Shown: one piece after another, positions 36,155 through 47,273 of the stretch | How positions within the stretch are numbered: position 1 is the stretch's first letter | How the letters are laid out: every line of letters starts with the position of its first letter | Origin: an uncultured Formosa sp. | GTDB taxonomy: Bacteria; Bacteroidota; Bacteroidia; Flavobacteriales; Flavobacteriaceae | Direction: 5' to 3' | NCBI GenBank assembly: GCA_963933105.1 | Contig: CAWVRW010000009.1 | Span: 4,154-68,153, forward strand | DNA length: 64,000 nt | Notes under the pieces: model-generated | Told to the model about the DNA's origin: nothing | Database searches by the model: none | The model's input: the letters and a program-made list of their open reading frames with translations, nothing else | Made by a program: the position numbers and the translations under genes

Positions 36155-37245
36155 TTGTTTAATAGCTTTTCAATTTCATCAGCGATGGTTTGGGTTGCTT
36201 GTTCTAATGCTAATTTTTTAATGTTTGTTGACAATTCTATTTGTTGAGATTCAGAAGTTATGAGCGCAGAAAACTGCGTTTCAAAACTTGATTCTAAATC
36301 TTTTTCTCTTATAAGTATTGCTGCGTTTTTTTCTGAAACTGCCAACGCATTTTTGGTTTGATGGTCCTCAGACACATTTGGCGACGGAATGAAAATCACA
36401 GGTTTTCCAACCACACAAAGTTCCGAAATAGAACTGGCACCCGCTCTGGAAATTACGATATCCGCTGCGGCATAGGCCAAATCCATTCGGACTAAGAACG
36501 TATGTACTTGCACCCTCCGAAGGATGCTGAAATGTTCGTAACCGTTGGAGTATAAATCCCCACATTGCCATATCGTCTGAATCTCTAAATCATCTAAAAA
36601 ATCCAATTCGGTTTCTATAAGTTCATTCATGCGTCGCGATCCCAAACTCCCCCCTAAAACCAACAGTGTTTTCTTGCTGGGGTCTAAATTGAAATACGCT
36701 TGTGCTTCCGCTAATTTCTGATCTAATTCTAGTAAATCTTGACGTACAGGGTTGCCTGTTAAAATCAATTTTTCTTTAGGAAAAAACCGTTCTAAGCCTT
36801 CATAAGCCACACATACTTTATTTACTTTTTTGGATAATAATTTATTGGTGATTCCTGGCAATGAGTTTTGCTCTTGTATCAAGGTTGGCACATCTTTCAT
36901 TGCAGCGACCAGTAATAAAGGTCCACTGGCAAAACCGCCAGTTCCAATCACAACGTCAGGTTTAAACGCATTGACGATTGCTATCGACTTCAATAAACTC
37001 ACCAACAATTTAATAGGAAATAATAAATTTTTAAAAGTCAATCGTCTTTGAATTCCCGAAATCCATAAGCCTTTAATTGCATAACCCGCTTGCGGAACTT
37101 TTTGCATTTCCATTTTATCTTTTGCACCCACAAATAAAAATTCCGATTCTGGAAACCGAACTTTTAATTCGTTTGCAATGACAATCGCAGGGTATATATG
37201 ACCGCCAGTTCCTCCGCCTGATAATATGATTTTATGTGTTTTCAT
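36151..37245 (-). CDS. murG: Undecaprenyldiphospho-muramoylpentapeptide beta-N-acetylglucosaminyltransferase
   Basis: [13 protein letters not shown]-terminus; 364 aa; dcw context. Confidence 0.93.
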   Translation of the reverse strand: MKTHKIILSGGGTGGHIYPAIVIANELKVRFPESEFLFVGAKDKMEMQKVPQAGYAIKGLWISGIQRRLTFKNLLFPIKLLVSLLKSIAIVNAFKPDVVIGTGGFASGPLLLVAAMKDVPTLIQEQNSLPGITNKLLSKKVNKVCVAYEGLERFFPKEKLILTGNPVRQDLLELDQKLAEAQAYFNLDPSKKTLLVLGGSLGSRRMNELIETELDFLDDLEIQTIWQCGDLYSNGYEHFSILRRVQVHTFLVRMDLAYAAADIVISRAGASSISELCVVGKPVIFIPSPNVSEDHQTKNALAVSEKNAAILIREKDLESSFETQFSALITSESQQIELSTNIKKLALEQATQTIADEIEKLLNK

Positions 37246-38438
37246 TATAGTGCTTCGCTTAAAATTTCTAAAGGATGTTGTTCTTCGTTTTCTAGTTCTT
37301 TTTTACTATCACGTTTGGCGCTTACACTCAACACAATTCCTAGTGCCAAGCAAGTCACCCAAATAGAGGTTCCACCGCTACTAATGAGCGGTAATGTTTG
37401 TCCCGTCACGGGGAATAATTCTACAGCAACGCCCATATTTACAAGAGCCTGAAATATGATTGGAATTCCAACGCCTATACTTAATAATTTTCCAAAAATG
37501 GTTTCTGATTTTTGGGCGACAATCACAATCCTAAATAATAACCACAGATACAGAAACAGTAAACACATGCCGCCTATGAGTCCGTATTCTTCAATAATAA
37601 TCGCAAAAATAAAATCGGAAGAGGACTGTGGCAAAAAGTTCTTTTGAATACTTTTGCCCGGCCCTAGCCCTTGAATACCTCCAGTTGCAATGGCTATTTT
37701 GGCTTTCTCAATTTGATAATCTTCCACAGTGACATCTGCATCCATAAAACTGCTAATACGACTTGTCCACGTATCGACTCTATTTGGCATCAAATCTGGA
37801 AATGCTTTGGCCGTTAACACAAAAAGCATCAACACCACAACGCCTGAGCCTATAATAACAGATAAATATTTCAATGGATAGCCTCCTAAAAATGTCAATA
37901 GGATCACCATTGAAAAAATAAGTGCTGCCGTTGAGAAATTAGCAGGAAGAATCAATGCTAATACGACAAAAACAGGAATCCATAATGGAAGAATGGAGTC
38001 TTTGAAAGAAAGGACTTGATCTTTTATTTTTGATAAATAGCGCGCCACATATACCATCAAAACCAAAGCAGCCAAGGTAGATGGTTGAAATGTAAATCCA
38101 ACAATTGGAACCCGAATCCATCGACTTGCATTGGCCCCTCCTATGGTTGAACCTTGCAGCATGGTGACTACTAATAATATTAAAACTACAGGGATCATCA
38201 CCAAGGAAAGCCCCCTAAAATAACGGTATGGAATTTTATGAACGCCATATATAATTGAGAACCCCAAAAACAGATGCACAAAGTGTTTGATAAAATAACT
38301 AAAGGTATTGCTGCCGTTTCCAATGTAGGCTAAATTACTGGCCGCACTGTACACCGGTAGAAATGAGAATACTGCCAACAAAGCAGCTATGGCCCAAATG
38401 ATACGATCTCCTTTTATGTTATCAAATACTGTCTTCAT
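37245..38438 (-). CDS. ftsW: FtsW/RodA/SpoVE-family peptidoglycan glycosyltransferase (FtsW)
   Basis: About 10 TM segments with [17 protein letters not shown] and SSGGTS motifs; dcw context. Confidence 0.9.
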   Translation of the reverse strand: MKTVFDNIKGDRIIWAIAALLAVFSFLPVYSAASNLAYIGNGSNTFSYFIKHFVHLFLGFSIIYGVHKIPYRYFRGLSLVMIPVVLILLVVTMLQGSTIGGANASRWIRVPIVGFTFQPSTLAALVLMVYVARYLSKIKDQVLSFKDSILPLWIPVFVVLALILPANFSTAALIFSMVILLTFLGGYPLKYLSVIIGSGVVVLMLFVLTAKAFPDLMPNRVDTWTSRISSFMDADVTVEDYQIEKAKIAIATGGIQGLGPGKSIQKNFLPQSSSDFIFAIIIEEYGLIGGMCLLFLYLWLLFRIVIVAQKSETIFGKLLSIGVGIPIIFQALVNMGVAVELFPVTGQTLPLISSGGTSIWVTCLALGIVLSVSAKRDSKKELENEEQHPLEILSEAL

Positions 38439-39769
38439 TATAACTGTCTTACAGCGGCTTTAAATTGATGACCACGGTCTTCATAATTTTCAAATAAATC
38501 AAAACTTGCACAAGCAGGAGATAACAATACTGACTCCCCAGCAGTGGCAATTTTATAAGCGATTTTCACAGCCTCACTCATATACTGCGTTTCTATGATG
38601 TTTTCCACCATATTTCCAAAAGCATCAAACAATGCTTCGTTGTCTTTTCCTAAGCAAATAATTGCTTTGACTTTTTCATTGATAAATGGGAACAATGCTT
38701 TGTAATCATTTCCTTTATCAACCCCACCTACAATCCAAACCGTCGGCGTATTCATGCTTTCTAAAGCATAATAGGTCGCGTTTACATTGGTGGCTTTGGA
38801 GTCATTTATGTACTGAACTTTATTGATTGTCAAAACTTGTTCCAAGCGGTGCTCTGCACCCTGAAATCCTTCGAGGCTTTCTCGGATGGTTGCTTTTCTA
38901 ATTTTCAATAGATGTGCAACGGTCGATGCAGCCATCGCATTTTTAATGTTGTGCTTTCCTTCTAAAGCTAAGTTTGTTGTTGGCATAATTATGTCTCTAT
39001 TGTTAAATTCTATTATTATATTATTTTGTTCTAAATACGTTCCGTTTGTGACTTTTCTGCGAAGCGAAAAAGGCACTAATGTCGATTGAATTGGATGGGT
39101 ATTTATATAGGATACGATGACCTCATCATCTGCATCATAAATCAAATAATCATCCGATGTTTGGTTCATGGCGATTCTAAATTTTGAAGCGATATAGTTT
39201 TCAAATTTATAATCGTAGCGGTCCAAATGATCCGGCGTGATGTTGGTAATAATCGCAATGTGTGGTCTAAATTTCTCAATACCATCTAACTGAAAACTAC
39301 TCAACTCCAAAACGTAGTTGGCATTGCTATTTTGGACTTGCTTGGCGAAACTCTCGCCGATGTTTCCAGCAATAGCCACATCCAGTCCTGCCTGTTTCAA
39401 TATTTGATGAACCATCAGAGTTGTCGTTGTTTTACCATTACTCCCCGTAATTCCAATGATATTCGCCGCAGTAAACGCTGCTGCAAATTCAATTTCAGAA
39501 ATTACAGAAATACTCGCTTTGTGTAATTTTTGAATCAGTGGAATATGATCTGGAATCCCAGGGCTTTTAACCACTACATCCGCATTTAAAATTTTGGATT
39601 CGGTATGCCCTTCTTCTTCCCATTCAATCTCATTATGTCTAAGAACGTCTTTATATTTTTTTGCAATCTTTCCAGCATCAGAAAGAAATACGTTGTACTC
39701 TTTTTCTTTTCCCAACAGGGCGGCACCTACACCACTTTCACCCCCGCCAAGAATCACCAATCGCTTCAT
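38438..39769 (-). CDS. murD: UDP-N-acetylmuramoylalanine--D-glutamate ligase
   Basis: LGGGESGVGAALL and GITGSNGKTTTT motifs; dcw context. Confidence 0.93.
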   Translation of the reverse strand: MKRLVILGGGESGVGAALLGKEKEYNVFLSDAGKIAKKYKDVLRHNEIEWEEEGHTESKILNADVVVKSPGIPDHIPLIQKLHKASISVISEIEFAAAFTAANIIGITGSNGKTTTTLMVHQILKQAGLDVAIAGNIGESFAKQVQNSNANYVLELSSFQLDGIEKFRPHIAIITNITPDHLDRYDYKFENYIASKFRIAMNQTSDDYLIYDADDEVIVSYINTHPIQSTLVPFSLRRKVTNGTYLEQNNIIIEFNNRDIIMPTTNLALEGKHNIKNAMAASTVAHLLKIRKATIRESLEGFQGAEHRLEQVLTINKVQYINDSKATNVNATYYALESMNTPTVWIVGGVDKGNDYKALFPFINEKVKAIICLGKDNEALFDAFGNMVENIIETQYMSEAVKIAYKIATAGESVLLSPACASFDLFENYEDRGHQFKAAVRQL

Positions 39770-41002
39770 CTATCGAATTTTCAAAGTGACGATGGTTAAA
39801 ATGGCCAACAGAATTCCCACAATCCAAAAGCGCGTTACGATTTTGCTTTCATGGTATCCTGATTTTTGATAATGATGATGCAAAGGCGACATTTTAAAAA
39901 TGCGTCGACCTTCGCCATATTTTTTTCGGGTGTATTTAAAGTAACCTACTTGCAATACCACTGATAAATTTTCTGCTAAGAAGATCCCACACAATACAGG
40001 AATCAACCATTCTTTACGGACTGCAATGGCGATGACTGCAATAATTCCACCGATGGTCAAACTCCCAGTATCTCCCATAAACACTTGCGCTGGGTAGGTG
40101 TTGTACCAAAGAAAACCAATCAATGCCCCCACAAACGCGGCGATATAAATAGTAATTTCTTCCACCCTTGGGATGTACATGATGTTTAGATAATCAGAGA
40201 AAATAATATTACCCGAGACCCAAGCAAAAATACCCAAGGTCAATACAATAATTGCGGAGGTTCCTGCTGCCAAACCATCAATACCATCTGTTAAGTTGGC
40301 TCCATTAGAAACGGCTGTGATGATAAAAATAACGACTAGGACAAACACAATCCATGCATATTTTTCTAAACCAGGGTGTATCCAAGTGATCAAATCGGCA
40401 TAGTCAAATTCATTTGATTTTACAAAAGGAATGGTTGTTTTGGTGGATTTTGCTTCGGGGTAAAACTGAATGGACGACTGCTGACCCGCCACTGTTTCAA
40501 CCTGTAAGTTTGCTGGAATCTTTTCTTTAATGGTCACATCGCTGTGAAAAAACAAGGTGGTTCCTACGATGATTCCCAAGCCGACTTGACCCAAAACTTT
40601 AAACCGTCCTTTTAAACCTTCTTTATCATTTTTAAACTTTTTAATATAGTCATCAACAAAACCAATAATTCCCATCCATATGGTGGTGATGAGTAATAAA
40701 ATAATATAGATATTATCTAATTTGGCCAATAACAAAACGGGAATTAGAGTGGCTAAAATAATAATCACCCCTCCCATCGTTGGTGTTCCTGCCTTTTCCT
40801 TTTGTCCTTCTAAACCTAAATCACGTATGGTTTCTCCAACTTGTTGTCTTTGAAGAAAGCGAATGATGCGTTTTCCGAAAATCGTAGAAATCAGTAATGA
40901 TAAAATAATCGCTACTGCCGCCCTAAAGGTTAGAAACCCAAAAAGAGAGGCACCAGGGAATTGGTGGGATTCTTCTAAATATTTGAATAAATAGTATAAC
41001 AT
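39770..41002 (-). CDS. mraY: Phospho-N-acetylmuramoyl-pentapeptide transferase
   Basis: Polytopic membrane protein with [16 protein letters not shown] and VFMGDTGSL motifs. Confidence 0.95.
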   Translation of the reverse strand: MLYYLFKYLEESHQFPGASLFGFLTFRAAVAIILSLLISTIFGKRIIRFLQRQQVGETIRDLGLEGQKEKAGTPTMGGVIIILATLIPVLLLAKLDNIYIILLLITTIWMGIIGFVDDYIKKFKNDKEGLKGRFKVLGQVGLGIIVGTTLFFHSDVTIKEKIPANLQVETVAGQQSSIQFYPEAKSTKTTIPFVKSNEFDYADLITWIHPGLEKYAWIVFVLVVIFIITAVSNGANLTDGIDGLAAGTSAIIVLTLGIFAWVSGNIIFSDYLNIMYIPRVEEITIYIAAFVGALIGFLWYNTYPAQVFMGDTGSLTIGGIIAVIAIAVRKEWLIPVLCGIFLAENLSVVLQVGYFKYTRKKYGEGRRIFKMSPLHHHYQKSGYHESKIVTRFWIVGILLAILTIVTLKIR

Positions 41003-41003
41003 A

Positions 41004-42467
41004 TTATAGTTCTAGTCCTATTAAAATTGTTTGCGATAGCTTGTTGTCATTAAACTTATGTCTGACCCCTCTAACTTCTTGGTACGCCTCATGTCCTTTG
41101 CCAGCAATTAGAATAATATCATAAGGTCGCGCCAGTTTACAGGCGGCTGTGATGGCTTCTTTTCGATCTTTAATGGATGTAATTTTATCTAAATTTTCTG
41201 GCTTGACTCCAGCTTCCATTTCAGAAATAATTTGCTGTGGTTTTTCAGACCTCGGATTGTCACTTGTGAAAAACACTTTTGAACTCAATGCAGAAGCAAT
41301 GTGCCCCATTTTTGGACGTTTGGTTTTATCGCGATCGCCCCCACATCCAACCACCGTAATGAGTGTTTGTTTTTTGGTTCGAATCGTATTGATGGTTTCA
41401 AGTACATTTTTCAAAGCGTCTGGCGTATGCGCATAATCGATGATCACTGTGATTTCGAAAGTGGTCGTGTAATGCTGAAATCGTCCACTGACATTGGTAA
41501 CCAAACTCAAATGGCGAAGTATTTCGGATTTTTCCATTCCTAAAAGTTCAGCAACCCCATAAATAGCAACTAAATTATAGGCGTTAAAACTCCCTATTAA
41601 TCGAGTCATTACTTCTTGATCGTTTATTTTTAACAGGAGCCCGCTAAATTGATTTTCCAAAATCTGAACGCGGTAATCTGCATAACTTTTTAAAGCATAG
41701 GTCGATTGTTTGGCTTTGGTATTTTGAACCATAACCGAACCGTTTTTATCATCGGCGTTCACAAGCGCAAATGCCGTTGCTGGCAATTGATCAAAGAATG
41801 ATTTTTTGACATCTCTATACTCCGCAAATGAAGCATGATAGTCCAAATGATCATGCGAAAGATTGGTAAACACACCTCCATCAAACAACAACCCTTCGGT
41901 TCTATATTGATGAATTCCATGCGAACTGACTTCCATAAAACAAAACTCAACTCCTTGGGCATTCATTTGACTTAAATACGAATTGATGACTAAAGAATCG
42001 GGAGTCGTATGACTTGTTGGAAATTCCTCGCGATCTACCATGATTTTTACAGTAGAGATGAGCCCCACTTTGTAACCCGCTAGTTTAAACAATTCATAAA
42101 GAAGCGTTGCAACCGTGGTCTTGCCATTGGTTCCTGTAATTCCAATCAGCTTAATATCCTTAGAAGGATTCTCATAATAATTAGAAGCCATGAGTGTCAA
42201 GGCTCTCGCCGTACTCTTCACTTTTATATAGGTAATATCGATCTCTAATTGTTCGGGCAAATCTTCACAAACAATGACCACTGCCCCTTTATCAATTGCC
42301 TTAATGATAAATTCATGACCATCAAAGACACCGCCTTTAATTGCTACAAAAACACTGTCTTGCTCAACACTTCGAGAATCGTATTGTATGCTAGAAACAG
42401 ATAGGTTCATAGATCCAGCGACCGACTCAGTAGGTACTTTCCGTAATATGTTTTTTAAATTTTTCAT
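41004..42467 (-). CDS. murE: UDP-N-acetylmuramoyl-L-alanyl-D-glutamate--2,6-diaminopimelate ligase
   Basis: [10 protein letters not shown] is present, and the DNPR motif (TSDNPRSE) points to meso-DAP specificity. Confidence 0.92.
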   Translation of the reverse strand: MKNLKNILRKVPTESVAGSMNLSVSSIQYDSRSVEQDSVFVAIKGGVFDGHEFIIKAIDKGAVVIVCEDLPEQLEIDITYIKVKSTARALTLMASNYYENPSKDIKLIGITGTNGKTTVATLLYELFKLAGYKVGLISTVKIMVDREEFPTSHTTPDSLVINSYLSQMNAQGVEFCFMEVSSHGIHQYRTEGLLFDGGVFTNLSHDHLDYHASFAEYRDVKKSFFDQLPATAFALVNADDKNGSVMVQNTKAKQSTYALKSYADYRVQILENQFSGLLLKINDQEVMTRLIGSFNAYNLVAIYGVAELLGMEKSEILRHLSLVTNVSGRFQHYTTTFEITVIIDYAHTPDALKNVLETINTIRTKKQTLITVVGCGGDRDKTKRPKMGHIASALSSKVFFTSDNPRSEKPQQIISEMEAGVKPENLDKITSIKDRKEAITAACKLARPYDIILIAGKGHEAYQEVRGVRHKFNDNKLSQTILIGLEL

Positions 42468-44473
42468 GACAAAACGAGGGTTATTATAGATTGGGGTTTG
42501 ATTTTTTGACCACTTTTTATCGATTGCTTAGAAACAGTCCCGTTGCCTACCGTTTGTACCTTAAGACCCATGTTTTCTAAAATAGCAATCGCGTCCATAG
42601 CAGCCATCCCTTTTAAATTAGGCATGATCGTTTTATACTTTTGCGCTACGGCATAATAGGTGTCATAATTGGTTTCAACCGTCTCTGACTTTAAATTGAC
42701 ATCCTCCACCTCATCAATCACAGGAGAATCTGTGAATATTTTTTGTGCGATTTTTTTGAATACGGGCCCCGATACATCGGCTCCATAATAACCCACACTT
42801 TTATCGGGTTCATGAATCACAACAATGCAAGAGTATTTTGGATCATCCGCAGGAAAATATCCTGAAAAAGATGAAATATAATTTAATTGATCTTTGTTTG
42901 CATAATCCTTTTGACAGGTTCCTGTTTTACCCGCCATCGAAAATTTATCTGAGTACAAGCCGTGCCCTGTCCCATGTTCCTTTTCCACCACATTTTTAAG
43001 CAGCTGTTGTAATTTTAAAACGGTTTCTTCTGAACAAATTCGTGGGTTGATAACCTCGGTGTCAAAAGTTTCAATAGAAGTCTCAATTTCTTTAATTTCA
43101 CGTAAAAATTTTGGACGTACCATCACGCCATCATTTGCAATTGCATTGTAAAACGTTAAGGTTTGAAGCGGCGTAAAAGACACGCCATAGCCATACGCCA
43201 TCCATTGCAATGCAATACCACTCCAACGACCATTTTTAATTCTTGGATCTGGAATGATTGATTTTCCTTCTCCCGTAAGTGGAAGCCCTAAAGAATCTTG
43301 CAGGTTCATCCTGTACAATCCATCCACAAATTTTTCGGGATTTTTCTTGTAAGCGTTGTGAATCACTTTAACGATTCCTGTATTAGAAGACACCTCAAAA
43401 GCTTTGGCAACGGAGATGTTTCCATACCCTCCTTTTTTAGAGTCTTTTACTTTTTTACCATAAAAAGTCAATACGCCTTTTTTAGTATCCACCATAGTCG
43501 TGGTATCAATCACCTTGTCCTCTAAAGCGACTGCCAAGGCCATGAGTTTAAACGTTGAGCCTGGCTCATGCGATTCACCAACTGCATAGTTGAGACGCTC
43601 ATAATAGAGACCTTTTTTATTTCGACCCAAATTAGAAATGGCACGTATCTCGCCTGTTTTCGTTTCCATCACCACCACAGTTCCATGATCGGCTTTGTAT
43701 TTTTCCAATTGCTCCAAAAGTGCATGGTGCGCTATATCTTGAATGTTGACATCAATGGCTGTATAGACATCGTACCCATCTTGTGGCTCCACCTGATTGT
43801 AATCTTCAATGGGCTTCCACTGCCCCTTGCCAATTTTTTGTTTGCGCCTCTGACCGTCTTCACCTCTTAAATATTTTTCACCAAATGCGCCATCAATCCC
43901 AACTCGCGTCACGTTGCCTTGGTCATCAAAACGCTCATAACCGATCAATCGTTGTGCAATGGCTCCCATTGGATAATCGCGCTTAGTGGTTTGCTCCACA
44001 ATAAGCCCGCCTTTGAAAGCACCTAAATTCAACAGTGGGAAATCTCTGAATTGTAAATACTGAGAGTAATCTAAGTTTCGCGCTAACAGAAAATAGCGAT
44101 TTTTATTTTCGCGTGCTAAACGCAACTTGCGTTTGTATTCCGCAGACGATGTGTTATTGAAATTTGCCAACGAATCACATAAGGGTTCTATAAACGCTTC
44201 GTAATTTTTATTGGTCGACGCTACCAAATCAATACGAATATCATATTTAGGTACAGACGTCGCCAACAAGCTCCCTCCTACAGAATACACATTTCCACGA
44301 TTTGCTGGAATGATATCGTCTTTAATAGTTCGGTCATCCGCAAGACTGCGGTACCGCTCCCCTTCCACAAATTGAATGGTGACTAATTTATACACTACCA
44401 AAAGCGCAAAAATGAACATAGCTCCACTCGTGAAGTATAGTTTGTTCATTATAGACTTTTCAGTTGATTGCAT
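42464..44473 (-). CDS. ftsI: Class B penicillin-binding protein (FtsI/PBP3) with a C-terminal PASTA domain
   Basis: The three transpeptidase motifs are present: GSTFK (SxxK), SSN and KTGT. The C-terminal ~65 aa (MPNLKGM...ITLVLS) are PASTA-like. Confidence 0.92.
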   Translation of the reverse strand: MQSTEKSIMNKLYFTSGAMFIFALLVVYKLVTIQFVEGERYRSLADDRTIKDDIIPANRGNVYSVGGSLLATSVPKYDIRIDLVASTNKNYEAFIEPLCDSLANFNNTSSAEYKRKLRLARENKNRYFLLARNLDYSQYLQFRDFPLLNLGAFKGGLIVEQTTKRDYPMGAIAQRLIGYERFDDQGNVTRVGIDGAFGEKYLRGEDGQRRKQKIGKGQWKPIEDYNQVEPQDGYDVYTAIDVNIQDIAHHALLEQLEKYKADHGTVVVMETKTGEIRAISNLGRNKKGLYYERLNYAVGESHEPGSTFKLMALAVALEDKVIDTTTMVDTKKGVLTFYGKKVKDSKKGGYGNISVAKAFEVSSNTGIVKVIHNAYKKNPEKFVDGLYRMNLQDSLGLPLTGEGKSIIPDPRIKNGRWSGIALQWMAYGYGVSFTPLQTLTFYNAIANDGVMVRPKFLREIKEIETSIETFDTEVINPRICSEETVLKLQQLLKNVVEKEHGTGHGLYSDKFSMAGKTGTCQKDYANKDQLNYISSFSGYFPADDPKYSCIVVIHEPDKSVGYYGADVSGPVFKKIAQKIFTDSPVIDEVEDVNLKSETVETNYDTYYAVAQKYKTIMPNLKGMAAMDAIAILENMGLKVQTVGNGTVSKQSIKSGQKIKPQSIITLVLS

Positions 44474-44477
44474 TGAA

Positions 44478-44798
44478 TTAATTAGTTTTAGATTTAATAA
44501 TAATTTTAAAAGGCGGATTGGATGACGGCTTGATTCCTTGGTCTGACAAGCGTTTTCGGATCACCGATTCCATTTTAAGCTCCATCAATTGCGCACGTGT
44601 TTCTACATACGTAGAACGGTAGGCTTTCACCTGCTCATTGAGTCTTGCAATTTTATATACTTTGCTATCTGCATTGTGAGAACTTGCAATCATTATAAGT
44701 GCAAGTGCTAAAAAAAAGAAAATCAGACGCCAATTTTTAAAAGCTCCATCGCTCACGAGAAAGGTTCCTTTTAAAATATTATACATCCTGTTTTTCAT
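44478..44798 (-). CDS. ftsL: FtsL-like small bitopic cell-division protein
   Basis: 106 aa with one TM helix (LIFFFLALALIMIASS). Position between rsmH and ftsI. Confidence 0.7.
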   Translation of the reverse strand: MKNRMYNILKGTFLVSDGAFKNWRLIFFFLALALIMIASSHNADSKVYKIARLNEQVKAYRSTYVETRAQLMELKMESVIRKRLSDQGIKPSSNPPFKIIIKSKTN

Positions 44799-45715
44799 TA
44801 GTCTCGTTTTGAATTTATCTTTTCAGCAATTCTTAATTTAGCACTGCGTGCTCTGTTATTTAGTTTTATTTCTTTGGCATCTGGAACAATCAAACCACCT
44901 ACTTTTTTAAGGGGGACTTCAAAATTTCCAAACACATCTTTTTCAGGCTCTCCTTCAAACAAACCACTTCTTATAAATCGTTTTACCAAACGGTCTTCCA
45001 AGGAATGATAGCAGATGACACTCAATCTTCCACCATCATTCAATAGTTCTGGTGTTTGCAATAAAAACTCTTTTAGAACCTCAATTTCTTGATTTACTTC
45101 AATCCGAATCGCCTGATATATCTGCGCTAAAATTTTATTCTCTCTTCCGTGTGGCAAGTGTTTACTTAAAACCGCTTTCAACTCAAAAGTGGTTTCAATT
45201 GCTTTTTCAGCTCTTGCTGCAACAATGGTTTTTGCCAAGGCTGGCGACGTTCTTAATTCTCCATACTGCCAAAACACACGTTTTAAATCTTCCTCTTCAT
45301 AAGTATTTACCAACGAATAGGCCGAAAGCACATCTTGTTGATTCATCCGCATATCTAGTTGAGCGTCAAATCGGATTGAAAACCCTCTATCGGCTTCATC
45401 AAATTGATGCGAGGAAACTCCAAAATCAGCTAAAATTCCATCGACCGATTTAATGCCGTGAAATCTCAAAAAGCGTTTCACATATCTGAAATTCTCATTG
45501 ATTAATAAAAATCGAGAATCATCAATGGTATTTAAAAGAGCGTCTTTGTCCTGATCAAAGGCGATTAACCTTCCCTTAGGACCTAAAGATTCGAGTATTT
45601 TCCTGCTATGACCACCACCTCCAAATGTCACATCTACATAGACACCGTCTTCTTTAATATTTAAACCCTCAACGGTTTCGCTGAGTAATACGGGGTTATG
45701 ATAATCCATCTGCAT
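44798..45715 (-). CDS. rsmH: 16S rRNA (cytosine1402-N4)-methyltransferase
   Basis: HNPVLLSE, DVTFGGGGHS and DFGVSSHQ motifs. Confidence 0.95.
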   Translation of the reverse strand: MQMDYHNPVLLSETVEGLNIKEDGVYVDVTFGGGGHSRKILESLGPKGRLIAFDQDKDALLNTIDDSRFLLINENFRYVKRFLRFHGIKSVDGILADFGVSSHQFDEADRGFSIRFDAQLDMRMNQQDVLSAYSLVNTYEEEDLKRVFWQYGELRTSPALAKTIVAARAEKAIETTFELKAVLSKHLPHGRENKILAQIYQAIRIEVNQEIEVLKEFLLQTPELLNDGGRLSVICYHSLEDRLVKRFIRSGLFEGEPEKDVFGNFEVPLKKVGGLIVPDAKEIKLNNRARSAKLRIAEKINSKRD

Positions 45716-46163
45716 CGTCTTGTCCCATTACATCTTCAGCTAAATCTGCAAAATCATCCGCAGCATCATCAATCGCTTTTTCGTATTTATCTTTATCCCA
45801 AATTTCTATAATATTCACTGCTGATGTCACGACAATCTCTTTAGTGATCCCCGCAAAACCGACAAGGTCTTTTGGAATCAATAAACGTCCTGACACATCT
45901 AAGTCTATTGACTTCACTCCAGCCGTGAACCGTCTGATGAAATCATTGTTTTTCTTTTTGAATCGGTTGAGTTTATTAACGTTTTGCATCATAGACTCCC
46001 ACTCTTGCATTGGATACAACTCCAAACACGGTTGAAAAACGGCACGTTTTAACACAAACCCTTTTTCCGTGACGGAAGCAAGCTGTTTTTTAAACGCAAC
46101 AGGCAGCATGAGCCTTCCTTTTGCGTCTACTTTACATTCGTATGTTCCAATTAATGTGTTCAC
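45696..46163 (-). CDS. mraZ: Transcriptional regulator MraZ
   Basis: Two SpoVT/AbrB-like halves carry DAKGRLMLP and DVSGRLLIP. It is the first gene of the dcw cluster. Confidence 0.95.
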   Translation of the reverse strand: MNTLIGTYECKVDAKGRLMLPVAFKKQLASVTEKGFVLKRAVFQPCLELYPMQEWESMMQNVNKLNRFKKKNNDFIRRFTAGVKSIDLDVSGRLLIPKDLVGFAGITKEIVVTSAVNIIEIWDKDKYEKAIDDAADDFADLAEDVMGQDDADGLS

Positions 46164-46196
46164 TTATTGTGTTATGATTTAATAAATTCTTGAATC

Positions 46197-46240
46197 CAAA
46201 GCTAAAAAATATTTACCACAATTTACCACAATTTACCACA
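46197..46240 (-). promoter_or_regulatory. mraZ promoter region: Bacteroidota -7 box (TAGCTTTG, 46197-46204) preceded by three exact 10-bp MraZ-box repeats (46211-46240)
   Basis: The plus strand reads atttaccaca x3. The minus strand reads TGTGGTAAAT x3, a GTGG core at 10-bp phasing as in known MraZ operators. TAnnTTTG lies ~34 nt upstream of the mraZ ATG. Confidence 0.7.
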
Positions 46241-46495
46241 ATGTTAATAAATTTCTATGAACGGCATATTAAACCGACAAACGGTAGTTATTTTAGCTAT
46301 AGATCAAAGAACGCCAACGACTTACAAAGTGGTAGAGGCTATTAACAATAGACTGTTCATTACTTTTACTAGCATCAAATTGGGTTTTAAAGTGGTGTTG
46401 AAAACGCTAAAATCAATTGATAGATCCCTTTAAATATTCAAAATATTTTAAATTAAATTGTGTAGATTTGCCAGAGACCAATTTTTTGTATCAAT

Positions 46496-47260
46496 ATGAA
46501 TTATAGTTTAAAACAAGAGGGGAAATTCAACTATGTTGAAATCGGTGAAGGACAGCCAATTATAATTCTTCATGGATTGATGGGTGGCCTGAGTAATTTT
46601 GACGGCGTTGCTGAGTTTTTCAGCAAAAACGGCTATATGGTTGTTTTGCCTGAGCTTCCTTTATACTCCTTGTCTTTACTTAAAACAAACGTTAAAAGTT
46701 TTTCAAACTACTTAAACGATTTCATCGAATTCAAAGGTTACAAAGATGTCATCCTTATTGGTAATTCTCTAGGCGGACATGTTGGTTTATATTACACGAA
46801 ATTATATCCTACAGAAGTAAAAGCACTTATAATCACAGGAAGCTCTGGACTCTACGAAAGTGCTATGGGCAGTGGTTACACCAAACGTAGCGATTACGAA
46901 GTCATGAAAGCAAAAGCACAAGAAGTGTTTTACGATCCTGAAGTGGCTACAAAAACCATTGTTGATGAAGTGTATGAAACTGTAAACGACCGTAGCAAAC
47001 TTATCAAAATACTTGCAATCGCTAAAAGTGCCATACGTCACAACATGGCCAAAGACCTCCCAGAAATCACAACACCAACATGTGTTGTTTGGGGTAAAAA
47101 CGACATTGTAACCCCTCCAAATGTTGCTGAAGAGTTTGATAAATTACTTCCTGATTCAGAATTATTTTGGATCGACAAATGTGGGCATGCTTCTATGATG
47201 GAACATCCCGACCGATTTAATGAGATCGTGTTTGCATGGCTCACCAAAAGAGGGTTCTAA
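46496..47260 (+). CDS. Alpha/beta hydrolase fold protein
   Basis: ILHGLMGG and nucleophile elbow GNSLGGH are present; ...CGHASMMEHP carries the His. Confidence 0.8.
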   Translation: MNYSLKQEGKFNYVEIGEGQPIIILHGLMGGLSNFDGVAEFFSKNGYMVVLPELPLYSLSLLKTNVKSFSNYLNDFIEFKGYKDVILIGNSLGGHVGLYYTKLYPTEVKALIITGSSGLYESAMGSGYTKRSDYEVMKAKAQEVFYDPEVATKTIVDEVYETVNDRSKLIKILAIAKSAIRHNMAKDLPEITTPTCVVWGKNDIVTPPNVAEEFDKLLPDSELFWIDKCGHASMMEHPDRFNEIVFAWLTKRGF

Positions 47261-47273
47261 AAATTATATAATT

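Noticed and set aside
39770-42467. Absence of murF and ddl between murE and mraY in the dcw cluster
   Set aside because: The order mraZ-rsmH-ftsL-ftsI-murE-mraY-murD-ftsW-murG-murC-ftsQ-ftsA-ftsZ without murF is, to my knowledge, the usual Bacteroidota arrangement. It is not a deletion or a novelty.
46211-46240. Tandem 10-bp repeat considered as a CRISPR, minisatellite or iteron
   Set aside because: It has only three units, no spacers and no cas genes. Its position and GTGG core fit the MraZ operator, so it is reported as regulatory instead.
46257-46433. 58-aa ORF (MNGILNRQTVVILAIDQRTPTTYKVVEAINNRLF...) in the 332-bp gap upstream of mraZ
   Set aside because: It shows no recognisable motif and no obvious ribosome-binding or promoter context, and it lies in a promoter-rich divergent region. 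The evidence is insufficient to call a gene.
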